Part shown: positions 46,301-54,657 of the stretch, in pieces
Layout: each line of letters starts with the position of its first letter
Numbering within the stretch: position 1 is the stretch's first letter
Virus record (IMG/VR): IMGVR_UViG_3300024308_000018
Location: 124,001 to 188,000 of that record
DNA length: 64,000 nt
Direction: 5' to 3' (one strand)
Position numbers and translations under genes: made by a program
The notes under the pieces: model-generated
The model's database searches: none
What the model was told of the DNA's origin: nothing
Seen by the model: the letters and a program-made list of their open reading frames with translations, nothing else

Positions 46301-47382
46301 TGCCAGCCACTATCCGCGAAGCAGGGTACACAGTGGACTCCATGGTGTGGCAGAACTTCTACGGCGGCAAGCCCTCCGTTGATAACTTCCTTGTCTATGA
46401 CTCCATCGTGTTTATCAGCTCTACGACTGGAGCCAGCACTGCGATTCCGCCGCAGTTCTCCAAGAACATGGAGGCCGCTGTCCGCAAGGGCATGGGGCTG
46501 TTCGCAATTACTGACCACGATGTGTTCACGAAATCGTTCACCAGCATCATGAACCGTTTCGGTGTCCGCATCTACAATGACCCGACTGAAGCAAGCATGG
46601 TGTACCTCGACCAGTGCCGAGCAGCGCTTGAAAACAAAGCGCTGCTCGAAGGCATTACGATTCCGGTATTCCAAGCGCCCGGTTCGATCTCGGCGTTCAT
46701 TGTCGACCCAGCTGTTATGGCACCGCCTGATCTCGACCCGCCGTTCAGTGGGGAGTTGATCTTCTCTCAGAACGAGATTCAGAAGCAGATTGCCATCAAC
46801 GTAATAGGCGAGCTGTTGCCTGAAGATGACGAGTTCTTCTACGTCGACTTGTTCAATCAGAGTCGCGGGGACATCATTAAGGGCCGTGGCGTTGGCACCA
46901 TCATCAACGACGATGGCGATCTGTTCAACACCAGACAGCTCGACAAGATTGTTTCGTGGAGTGGTTACATTGCGGGTGGGGATTGGCCCACTGTACCAGA
47001 CGTCAGCCTGTTCCTGATTCCTGTTCCCGCGAAGTACGGGCACACCGAAGAGGGCGGCACCGTCTGGATTTCTACAGACAGGGTGGACGTTGTTCAAGCT
47101 GACCGCAGTGGGTGGAACGCTACGTACAAGTTTACCGTGGGACGTCAGACGGCGTGCACCATTCGCATTGTCGACGATGACTCAAGCAACACCAAGATCT
47201 ACAACTCCGCAGGCGGTCTTGTGTTCGAGTGGGGCTCGGGTGGTGGTGGGTCGTCCATGCAGCAACCGTTGTTGCTCCAAGCAGATGAATACACCGTTGT
47301 CTGCTGGGTACACAACGATGCGAACGGCAATGACTATTGGAGCAACCCCGGCTACTTGGGCGTCTCAATAAGGAGAGCATGA
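43360..47382 (+). CDS. multidomain adhesin-like protein (ILEI/GG-lectin, split Calx-beta, three GATase-like folds)
   Basis: ILEI: YNVMVFSR..RSFDVY..IVLVVTSDEP..RSAYMLLG; Calx-beta halves VEEGNSG..FTVSL..DGTA and GELIF..EDDEFFYVDL..GTIINDD. Confidence 0.75.
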   Translation: MSNLCTFTRPLACAWSGNHNPLAGKASLMADTQPATNMWTAFAIRNEQTAGYCFGYGSAFMNGYFDSKDRPVGNGIFGDFSKPEYLTQGAMVQLKIALSLAARVERGSMTLVLNDSPDWANHLTNMDGNAKSYGQLMKYLSATEPMAMLTMNELQNGALNYDGTVAFFEKFKRIIILLSGSPNWLVGDALCKNLSDAIGRGAPVVCVHADGYSWNSNHTFNRIFGVVGMQVAGANYTHLYAEAITDYKNIYGDDLSWKSITSLYGGRRMFISGAAAYSHSRSMPTAGLDGFPGTWAQGVCVDVPFTDSIYIPNIVVFRPNCCYNEGDVYSMEFDVPATVVKPTDFKTDLANGILHFDWWHELQTAEHAPEVLHVRARGWHVGGGMTYTTNAIRYRGSKWDAQRSYNVMVFSRATGDVLDYRSFDVYGNAAKAAECAAFLNAQDASRIVLVVTSDEPTRNLTAELQSALIRIGAGAATLRKMKVRSAYMLLGIPGVPVGIERYKGAMDEDPNAVVDAAFDFRPDGARPIEPRMSDTTGKVIVATLQGIAERALFQANWDSYQNQKAIGNPAVAAFNARWVKNALNWIRRGTTMEVLFVPTKMATTGDWNPMNTDPNGCSSIMDYIRAAGFNVSVLDHTKISKPVASAYGKYDVVVFWAAGGGSDDPARMQILMPVLQTVVKGGAGLFAISDTAHPTMNALADMYSVQTNFVAGIQPDSFNVERARAQHGDHVIFEGLQGSFANDSAAGGFLTQTRLLWPYCVDGEALEVVQLKENGRIARFRYTKILDGMDNRKVFTLDAWTKLTDLRFKKIDMSDTDKWPLTIEMPCALVDDVPQYRIDDVEVEEGNSGHTQAVFTVSLAWPLRGRPAIISWKVVDGTATTAISSNAEKMPKSLLIDEHGNWHSVYIEYDLVRIAADGAFPKFYNGTMLSGSWQRRYFKNILDWMQRGRAKRRVLFLGDQADVNVNYATLGAKGVDFGDAVPATIREAGYTVDSMVWQNFYGGKPSVDNFLVYDSIVFISSTTGASTAIPPQFSKNMEAAVRKGMGLFAITDHDVFTKSFTSIMNRFGVRIYNDPTEASMVYLDQCRAALENKALLEGITIPVFQAPGSISAFIVDPAVMAPPDLDPPFSGELIFSQNEIQKQIAINVIGELLPEDDEFFYVDLFNQSRGDIIKGRGVGTIINDDGDLFNTRQLDKIVSWSGYIAGGDWPTVPDVSLFLIPVPAKYGHTEEGGTVWISTDRVDVVQADRSGWNATYKFTVGRQTACTIRIVDDDSSNTKIYNSAGGLVFEWGSGGGGSSMQQPLLLQADEYTVVCWVHNDANGNDYWSNPGYLGVSIRRA

Positions 47383-47606
47383 TGGCAGCGTATGGAGTTT
47401 TAGCAATCCGCGACCCTGCGACAGGCAACTGGTACGATAATTTACGTGAACGTGGTTATCGTGTGCGATATTTGGATCCCGCGCTGGGATCCTTTCGCTG
47501 GGTTCTCATGACCGTGAACAACACGCGAATCAGAAATCCCGAGCATAACCCAGCTGTGCACCAACCAAACGATCCGGTGTATCCGAAATGGACAACTCCG
47601 GTCTAA
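47379..47606 (+). CDS. small fibre-associated protein resembling the N-terminus of 40712
   Basis: AAGGAG RBS; IRDP..W / RIRNP pattern. Confidence 0.65.
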   Translation: MMAAYGVLAIRDPATGNWYDNLRERGYRVRYLDPALGSFRWVLMTVNNTRIRNPEHNPAVHQPNDPVYPKWTTPV

Positions 47607-47617
47607 GGAAATAGACG

Positions 47618-48442
47618 ATGGTAATGCAGAAGATTAACACCTCCATGATCGACGCTTCCGCTGCGGAAGAAGGCTCGCGCCTTGAAGTCGCTGGCGGTGG
47701 CACTGCGGACTTCGTACCTCCCGGTGCTAGTGACCCGTTATTTGAAGGCGATGCCGCTTACAACTATGACCCTGAAACCGGAACGTTGACTGTCTCGTAC
47801 CCAGACGGACGCCAGCAATCGGTGAAAGGATTCGTGCGGACGAGTGACCTTCAACAAGCAATGCGTGGTGCGCCGGGGCTTCCGGGTGCGCCGGGCACGC
47901 CGGGGAAAGACGGACGCGCAGGGCGAGACGGAGAGCAGGGCTGTCAGGGGCGAAAGGGTGACCGTGGGCGGATGGGCCCAACTGGTGGGACGGGCCCTCG
48001 CGGCTCGACTGGTAACACTGGCCCCACTGGTGATACTGGCCCCACTGGCCCCGATGGCCCTCCCGGCAAGGACGCGGTGAAAGCAGATTATACCGTCGTG
48101 CAGTACGTGGATCCCGATACCGAGATCCCATACGAGCAAGCATACTCCGGCTACGATCATGATGTGATGACTGGTCGCATTACGAACGGCGGGCGAGTGA
48201 TTGCGCGTGCACTGCGCGATACTATAAACGTGACGTTCCAAAAGCCGTTTCAGAACCACGTACTGTCCGTGACCATTACGTTCATGGACATGACTACGAA
48301 TCAAGCCAAGACGTTCAAGTTGTATAACCACGCGCGCAAAGATGGCACGTTTGAAAACAGCATGCTTGGTGGGTTCGTGATCAAGTGCTCGGGGGTGAAC
48401 ACGGCGGACTGGGATTTCTTCTACACCGCAATAGGGGATTAA
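47618..48442 (+). CDS. collagen-like fibre protein 4
   Basis: Gly-X-Y run; C-terminal beta-sandwich typical of fibre tips. Confidence 0.85.
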   Translation: MVMQKINTSMIDASAAEEGSRLEVAGGGTADFVPPGASDPLFEGDAAYNYDPETGTLTVSYPDGRQQSVKGFVRTSDLQQAMRGAPGLPGAPGTPGKDGRAGRDGEQGCQGRKGDRGRMGPTGGTGPRGSTGNTGPTGDTGPTGPDGPPGKDAVKADYTVVQYVDPDTEIPYEQAYSGYDHDVMTGRITNGGRVIARALRDTINVTFQKPFQNHVLSVTITFMDMTTNQAKTFKLYNHARKDGTFENSMLGGFVIKCSGVNTADWDFFYTAIGD

Positions 48443-48443
48443 A

Positions 48444-49223
48444 ATGTCGAGCGTTCAGGGATTTGCCGCTTCCTTGTATAACCTCGCACTAGAGAGTGGG
48501 CTGCAAAACGGCCCACTTGTCTATCAGGTTCGTGCAGGGACGGATAAGTACGTCGTGGTTTCCAATGTGGAGCCCACGGAGTTGGTACTGCCGCTGAATA
48601 TCCTTTGGGTGCATCTGGAAAACGGTACGCCTACGCTGCTGCGTCGCGTATCGAAAGAAGCTGGCTCCGGCACGCTTCACACATGGGCACCCGAAACCAA
48701 CTACGATGCAATCTTCACCACGGAAAATGTTTGGGCACCCGAAGACCAAGTTGTGCGCTCCGCTAATTTAGTGGAAGGTGGGCAGCTAACTGGCCCATTG
48801 TATCCTGTGGCGAAAGACGTCTACGAAGAAACTGAAGTGCCTCCGGTTAGCTGGGTGCGGAAGTTCGTAAACGGCGTTCGCAACTCTCTGATGTCCATGT
48901 ACCAGAACATGAACAACCGAGTGCTGTACGATGACCAGCGGATTCGTGCTCTTACGTTGCGGACGGAAGAGACGGTTGCGCGGGTACAAACGCTGGAAGG
49001 CAGCGCCTCCAACAACCAACATCTGCACTCGCAAGAGATGGAATCAGGCGTCTGGGTTGTCGACCACGGATTTGGCCCCGACATGATCGTGACCATTTTT
49101 GTGACTGACAGTAATGGGGATAATATATGGCCCGACAGAGTGCAAAGAGAGGGCGATACGCACGTAGTGTATTTCTCGCTTGCGCTATCTGGCTATGCGT
49201 TGGCAATTGGAATGAAGCCGTAG
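48444..49223 (+). CDS. virion fibre-associated protein
   Basis: C-terminal WVVDHGFG..V.D..G domain shared with 51530, 53293 and 53911. Confidence 0.7.
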   Translation: MSSVQGFAASLYNLALESGLQNGPLVYQVRAGTDKYVVVSNVEPTELVLPLNILWVHLENGTPTLLRRVSKEAGSGTLHTWAPETNYDAIFTTENVWAPEDQVVRSANLVEGGQLTGPLYPVAKDVYEETEVPPVSWVRKFVNGVRNSLMSMYQNMNNRVLYDDQRIRALTLRTEETVARVQTLEGSASNNQHLHSQEMESGVWVVDHGFGPDMIVTIFVTDSNGDNIWPDRVQREGDTHVVYFSLALSGYALAIGMKP

Positions 49224-50026
49224 CTGGCCCGCGCACCATTCTCGTAATCCGCAGTGAGTCGGTTTCACCTTACAGCGGCACGCAGTATGGTGCGCAATTG
49301 CTTGGCAGCGGCTACACTCACGTGATTACCCTGTACCTGCCGAGTGCAGCGAACGGCAACACGTGGATCAGTGACCAATATGAAGCGCGTATTCTGGAAG
49401 CGGTAAAAAGGTGGCAACCAGAATTGGTAGTGTCTGCCGAAATCGACTTGGACAATTTCCCGACCTTGCGCACTGCCCTCGGCCCCAAACTTCGCACCGT
49501 GAAGCCTTTGGGGGTATTGGACGTAGCGCGTTCGTCGTTCGAGCGACTGCATAAGTTCCTCGTTACTACGGGGATCAGCGACCGCAAGTTCTATCTCCTG
49601 TACCGACCGGAGTATGGGCCGCTGTATGATGACGTCGCTCGCGAATCAGGGTTCAAGTCACTGGAGCCCATCGCGGTCTCCACGCTCGGCGAACTGAAGT
49701 CCGCGCTCGCCAGTATTCCACGCGACGACAACGTTGCAATCATCAATGCTTTGACGCACGTAGAGGACATAGAGTTCAACTACGCGCTGCTCGGCCCGAA
49801 GGTAGCGAGTATCATTCGTCGCACGGGCTTGCTCGACCTGAGTGTGATTGACAGTGCCCCCGGTGCTGTGAGCGTGCGACATAGTGCCGCACAGATCAAC
49901 TTTGAGGCGAGTACCATCACAGCAGGTAACGTTGTTCTGTGTGTGGATCCAAAGCGTCTGCGCGCCCTTGGTCTCAAAGAGGTCTACGTTGTAGGGTTCG
50001 CTGACATAGATTCCATCACTCAATAA
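49127..50026 (+). CDS. exported periplasmic solute-binding-like protein (ABC_sub_bind type)
   Basis: Signal peptide ending AVA-G; RTILVIRS..TLYL..EAVKRWQPELVV, VSTLGELKSAL, VDPKRLRALGL. Confidence 0.55.
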   Translation: MARQSAKRGRYARSVFLACAIWLCVGNWNEAVAGPRTILVIRSESVSPYSGTQYGAQLLGSGYTHVITLYLPSAANGNTWISDQYEARILEAVKRWQPELVVSAEIDLDNFPTLRTALGPKLRTVKPLGVLDVARSSFERLHKFLVTTGISDRKFYLLYRPEYGPLYDDVARESGFKSLEPIAVSTLGELKSALASIPRDDNVAIINALTHVEDIEFNYALLGPKVASIIRRTGLLDLSVIDSAPGAVSVRHSAAQINFEASTITAGNVVLCVDPKRLRALGLKEVYVVGFADIDSITQ

Positions 50027-50040
50027 TTTGAAGGCACACA

Positions 50041-50331
50041 ATGGACGATAAAATCGTGGCCCTCGTCAGACGCGCATTGATTGTTGCCGCAATAGTCCTG
50101 CTCGGTTCTGTCGTGTGGACGGGTTCTCGTAGCCGTGAGCCCTCACCATCTTCAGCTGACGAGCAGGTGTTTTGCGCGTCGGCCATCTGTTTCTACGATT
50201 CGGTTAGAGGCAAGGAATGCCTCGACTTCCAACCTACAGTCAGCAAGCTCATTCCAGTACCGGACGTTCGCGGCGATAGCGTTCGGCTGGTAATCGAAGC
50301 GACTGGGAAAGAATGCAAGGAACGAAGATGA
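50041..50331 (+). CDS. small N-anchored membrane protein with four Cys
   Basis: TM ALIVAAIVLLGSVVW; four Cys in the soluble domain. Confidence 0.7.
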   Translation: MDDKIVALVRRALIVAAIVLLGSVVWTGSRSREPSPSSADEQVFCASAICFYDSVRGKECLDFQPTVSKLIPVPDVRGDSVRLVIEATGKECKERR

Positions 50332-50777
50332 TGGACTTCATTCAAACCCTGCTTAACGGAAACTTCGCTACCGTAATCTCGGTCTTGATCTCAGCCGCGC
50401 TTATCGCGTTTACGTGGTACATTGCGTTGCCTGCGATCACGGAAAGAAACCAACTGCGAGAGCAGCTGAAGGAAAACCACTCACCTGAGCGCGTGGAAAA
50501 TCTGGTTGAGCGCATGTCCGAGGAACTAGCTTCGGTCACGCAGCAAATGACGGAGTTGAGTCGAGTTCTTGCAGAGATGCAAACTCACGCTACCGTTACC
50601 TCGCGTGCTGAAGGAACGGCACAGGCCGAGTTGTATACGCTGCTGGATGAAATACGCCAGCAGATGCACAACCTTGCCACCCGCTTCGTCAGCTTAACCA
50701 ACACCGTTAACGCAATGGGTGGACAACGCCAAGTGCCGCGTTCACCTGACGGCCTTAACGTTCGAGGACTCAGATAG
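50328..50777 (+). CDS. single-TM coiled-coil membrane protein (holin-like architecture)
   Basis: TM FATVISVLISAALIAFTWYIAL followed by about 100 aa of heptads. Confidence 0.7.
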   Translation: MMDFIQTLLNGNFATVISVLISAALIAFTWYIALPAITERNQLREQLKENHSPERVENLVERMSEELASVTQQMTELSRVLAEMQTHATVTSRAEGTAQAELYTLLDEIRQQMHNLATRFVSLTNTVNAMGGQRQVPRSPDGLNVRGLR

Positions 50778-51517
50778 TGAGTAAATATCTCCGAAACAAC
50801 ATAGGCTTTCGCCGCAGCAGTGCAGCGCAGTATGCTGGATTCTATAGCGCTAAGTCCTATATGCTCGGGGAGATTCTTGATGGGCCCAAATCCAACATCT
50901 TCTCCCCAACGGCCCGCGAGATACTGCTTCAGTATTTCTCGGCAATGGAGCTTCTTCTCCGTGACATCGAAGTTGCTTTCATCGCGTGTAGCGATGGGGT
51001 GGTCTCTGATGTCGCGGTCTCGAAGTGTAAGGTGTCGGCTCGGGAATTCAGTTCGAGCCTGCACCAAATCATTAAAGATAACCCGCAAGACTTCGACCCA
51101 GTGTTTGCTGAGCCGTGGGCTGCGGTGGTCGCTGAATCTGCTACGCCGTTGCTGGATGCCGCGCGTGACCTTCTCGAAGGTGACATCGAATCCGCGTTCT
51201 GCATGGCAGTTGGCTTCTGCACGTCGTACCTCAATCACATCATGTTCATCTTGCATGAGCTGGTGTGCTTGCTAAATGGCGCGGCACCAATCCTGTACCT
51301 GAGTGACATTGACATTCGGATTCAGGCCCGAAAATCTTACAGCTTGTCCCGCGCCCGCTTGAACGTGTACCGCACATTCAACCTGCTGAAGGATGACGCT
51401 GAGATCAAAGTTCTATGCGAGTTCGATGACGCAAAGGTGCGTGACGACGAGCGTAGTTTGGTGGCGTACAGAGCACTCCTTGATTCTGTATCCACCTACT
51501 CACTGAAACTGTCTTAA
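50777..51517 (+). CDS. helical hypothetical protein
   Basis: TAGTG coupling with the upstream gene; GAGG RBS. Confidence 0.7.
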   Translation: MSKYLRNNIGFRRSSAAQYAGFYSAKSYMLGEILDGPKSNIFSPTAREILLQYFSAMELLLRDIEVAFIACSDGVVSDVAVSKCKVSAREFSSSLHQIIKDNPQDFDPVFAEPWAAVVAESATPLLDAARDLLEGDIESAFCMAVGFCTSYLNHIMFILHELVCLLNGAAPILYLSDIDIRIQARKSYSLSRARLNVYRTFNLLKDDAEIKVLCEFDDAKVRDDERSLVAYRALLDSVSTYSLKLS

Positions 51518-51529
51518 CGGAGAGACAAC

Positions 51530-53224
51530 ATGAACGTAGCTGGTAATCTGAAACTGCTGGGCCAAGGCCAAATCAAGAACTTCCTGCCTGAAGTTCTGGC
51601 CGTCGACCCGTCCGGTGTCGAGCTGTTTGAAGGTCGCGGCTGGTGGAACTCTACCTCCAAGTCTCTGAAGTTCTACAACGGCACCGAAGTGATCACTCTG
51701 GCCGTCGGTGGCGACCTGAGCGACTACATCCGCGCCGACGGCACCGTTGCCATGACTGGCGATCTGCTGCTGTCCAGCACTGACCAATCCGGTTCCGACG
51801 CCAAGGCCGCCATCTCCAAAGGCTACGCCGAGACCCTGCTGCAAGCCAAGCAAAACACCGTAACTGGTGCTGCCTCCACCATCGTTGCTGCCGACCTGAC
51901 CGCCAACAAAGCGGTGATCTCCGATGCACAAGGTAAAGTCGTGGCCGCTGCGGCGACCGCTGCTGAAATCGAACATCTGGCTGGCGTCACTGCTCCGATC
52001 CAAACTCAGATCGACGGCAAGCAAGCTGCGCTGGGCTTCACCCCGCTGAACAAGGCTGGTGACAACCTCGACGGCGACATCAACGCCAACGGTCACAAGA
52101 TCTCTGGTCTGGGTGCTCCGGCTGCTCCGACTGATGCCGCTCGTCAGATCGACATCGACAACGCGCTGTCCGGCCTGAACTGGCAAGAAGACGTGAAGGG
52201 TGTGCAGGCTGATGCCACTCTGGATCCGGGTACTCCGGTGAAAGGTGATCGCTACATCATCACCGACTCCGCTGCTCTGCACGCTGGCTTCGGCACCATC
52301 GCTGGTGTTGGTAACGGCGACATCGTTGAGCACGACGGCACCGAGTTCGTTGTTGTGTTCGACGTGAGTGCTGAAGGCGAGAAAGCCAACGGTACTCTGG
52401 TGTGGGACAACGGCACCACTACCTACAAACGCTTCCTGTCCGGCGCATGGGGTTCCTTCGGCGGCCTGAGCGACATCAACGCTGGTACTGGTCTGGAGCA
52501 GATCGGCAACACCATCAACGTCAAGATGGGTGCTGGTATCGTTGAGCTGCCGGAAGATGGCGTCGGTATCGACCTGCGCGCTGAATCCGGTCTGGCTCTG
52601 CTGGATGCTGGTGGTGCTGAATCCACCGCAGCCGATGCCAAGCTGACCGTCAAGCTGGACGGCAACTCCCTGACCAAGGGCGCCAACGGTCTGAAGATCG
52701 CTGCCGCTGGTGTTGGCGCCGCTGAACTGGCTGCCGCTGCTCTGGGTAACGGTCTGGTTGGTGGTGAAGGTTCCGTCGTTACCGTGAAAGCCAAGGCCGC
52801 TGGTGGCGTTGTTGTTGACGCCGAGGGCGTGTCCGTGGACAACGCGGTGCTGGAACTGACCTTCCTGAAAGAGACTGGCGACACTGCCGCCGACCTGAAG
52901 GTTACCGCTGTCCCCGCTGCCGACACCGACGTCGTGCGCCTGCTGGAACTGAACGCCGCCAAGGCCGAAGCTACCGCTGCCGCCGAGACCGTGAACACTC
53001 GCCTGACCAACAGCGAGTACGTTTACAACGGTCTGGCCAACGTGCAAGCTACCCACACCATCACCCACGGCCTCAACAACGCGTACCCGCAAGTTGAAGT
53101 CATGGACGCCGACGGCGCTACCGTAATGGTAGACTCCATCGTGCGTGTAGACGCCAACACCGTAAGCGTAAGCGTTCTGCCTGCTTCCGGTATCCGTGTC
53201 GTAGTTCGCGGCAACAAGAACTGA
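51530..53224 (+). CDS. abundant fibre/whisker structural protein
   Basis: GGAG RBS; extreme codon bias; TDAA stalk motif; G/A-rich beta repeats; followed by a terminator. Confidence 0.8.
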   Translation: MNVAGNLKLLGQGQIKNFLPEVLAVDPSGVELFEGRGWWNSTSKSLKFYNGTEVITLAVGGDLSDYIRADGTVAMTGDLLLSSTDQSGSDAKAAISKGYAETLLQAKQNTVTGAASTIVAADLTANKAVISDAQGKVVAAAATAAEIEHLAGVTAPIQTQIDGKQAALGFTPLNKAGDNLDGDINANGHKISGLGAPAAPTDAARQIDIDNALSGLNWQEDVKGVQADATLDPGTPVKGDRYIITDSAALHAGFGTIAGVGNGDIVEHDGTEFVVVFDVSAEGEKANGTLVWDNGTTTYKRFLSGAWGSFGGLSDINAGTGLEQIGNTINVKMGAGIVELPEDGVGIDLRAESGLALLDAGGAESTAADAKLTVKLDGNSLTKGANGLKIAAAGVGAAELAAAALGNGLVGGEGSVVTVKAKAAGGVVVDAEGVSVDNAVLELTFLKETGDTAADLKVTAVPAADTDVVRLLELNAAKAEATAAAETVNTRLTNSEYVYNGLANVQATHTITHGLNNAYPQVEVMDADGATVMVDSIVRVDANTVSVSVLPASGIRVVVRGNKN

Positions 53225-53241
53225 TAGTTGACACGTCATGG

Positions 53242-53266
53242 AGGGGAGCGCAATGCTCCCCTTTTT
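53242..53266 (+). terminator. intrinsic terminator
   Basis: AGGGGAGC-GCAAT-GCTCCCCTTTTT. Confidence 0.85.
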
Positions 53267-53292
53267 AGTTTTCATTCTGCGGAGAAACGCAC

Positions 53293-53901
53293 ATGAAATG
53301 TCTAGGTAACGTTAACATGCTGGGGAACAAGATCCAGAGCATGTCCCTCGAAAACAAGAATGAGTATCCGGCCACCCCGACTATCGGATCTCTGGAACTC
53401 ATTCAGAAGCGCCTGATGCTGTGCATCGACGTTGGCACGGACGCACAAAATCCGCTGCCGATGTGGGTTCCGCAGTCCAGCGAAGTGCAGATGTTCCGCT
53501 TCAACCAGCCGACCAACTCCACCACGTGGCTGGTAGAACATGGCCTGAACAACTCCACTCCTGTGTTCCAGATTTACGACGCGAACGGCCACATCTTCAC
53601 GCCGGACGAAGTTGTGATCGTGGATCCCGACACCATCTCCATCTCGCTGAACACTCCGATGATGGGCAGCGTTACCGTCCTGTCCGGCACCATGTATGGC
53701 TCGCCTGCGCTGTCCCCTGTAGTGACCCAGAAGTTCACCGCTGCCACCACGTGGACGCTGGCGCACAACTTGGGTCGCATTCCCACTGTTCGCATCTACG
53801 TGAACGGCGCAGAAGTGCAGGCTCCGGTAACTGTCGACGCGAACAACGTCAGCGTGGACTTCGGCACCAACTCAGTAGCTGGTACTCTGCTGCTGTTCTA
53901 A
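53293..53901 (+). CDS. fibre-associated protein, paralog of the 51530 termini
   Basis: N-terminus similar to 51530; two W-x3-H-x-L domains. Confidence 0.75.
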   Translation: MKCLGNVNMLGNKIQSMSLENKNEYPATPTIGSLELIQKRLMLCIDVGTDAQNPLPMWVPQSSEVQMFRFNQPTNSTTWLVEHGLNNSTPVFQIYDANGHIFTPDEVVIVDPDTISISLNTPMMGSVTVLSGTMYGSPALSPVVTQKFTAATTWTLAHNLGRIPTVRIYVNGAEVQAPVTVDANNVSVDFGTNSVAGTLLLF

Positions 53902-53910
53902 GGAGGCGCT

Positions 53911-54141
53911 ATGTCTTTTTCAATTCCGCGTGAGAAGACCCACCACCAAACGGTTCCAGCCGCCGAGTGGGACATCTATCACGGTTTCGGTCGCGAGCCT
54001 GCGGTCGACGTATACATCCAGCTGACTGGATGGGCAACGCCGCGCAAAGCCCTGCCGGAAGAAGTGAAGATCGTGTCTGCTAACGAAGTGAAGATCACGT
54101 TCGCGGGAATCCCAACTGCTGGTACTGCGGTACTGCGCTAA
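53911..54141 (+). CDS. small single-domain fibre-associated protein
   Basis: AGGAGG RBS; WDIYHGFGREPAVDV domain. Confidence 0.75.
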   Translation: MSFSIPREKTHHQTVPAAEWDIYHGFGREPAVDVYIQLTGWATPRKALPEEVKIVSANEVKITFAGIPTAGTAVLR

Positions 54142-54186
54142 TCAAAGTGTGGGGGCACGTCCCCCACCTTCTAAGGGACATGTACC

Positions 54187-54648
54187 ATGATGCTCAACGT
54201 AATAAATTTTGCTGCCCCGCTGTTCACGTACTCGGAAATCGCTACGGCGCACGCCGGACAGAACCCAGCGAACGGAATGTTCGACGGGTCGCTCGGCAAC
54301 GTGACGTCTTCAGGTTCCGCATACGGGGCGGTAACACTCAACGCCAAATACGCTGGCTGGAAAGTTGTAGGTTTGCGTTACATCCGCCAGAACCACAACA
54401 ACAGTGTGAAGGCCGACGCAGTTAAAGACGCGCGGATCGAGGTGTTGGGTGAGGATAACGTGTGGCGCGTTCACGCAACAGTGCGCTTCCCATACGGGGA
54501 ATACAACTCGCTTATCAAGTTGGAGAACAACCCAATTGCTCCGATTCCAGTAAACAGCAAGCGTCAGTTCCGAATTGGCTCCATCAATACGTGGGGCGGA
54601 AGCACTGCCACTCACTGGTGCGAGTTCCAATTGGTTGTCGGCTACTAA
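54187..54648 (+). CDS. discoidin (F5/8 type C)-like protein
   Basis: PANGMFDG..VKDARIEV..W..RQFRI..TWGG..EFQL. Confidence 0.65.
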   Translation: MMLNVINFAAPLFTYSEIATAHAGQNPANGMFDGSLGNVTSSGSAYGAVTLNAKYAGWKVVGLRYIRQNHNNSVKADAVKDARIEVLGEDNVWRVHATVRFPYGEYNSLIKLENNPIAPIPVNSKRQFRIGSINTWGGSTATHWCEFQLVVGY

Positions 54649-54657
54649 GGAGAGTCC

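Noticed and set aside
54147-54425. 92-aa ORF and GTGGGGG/CCCCCAC hairpin
   Set aside because: The ORF is out of frame over the discoidin gene; the hairpin lacks a U-tract, so it is not called a terminator.
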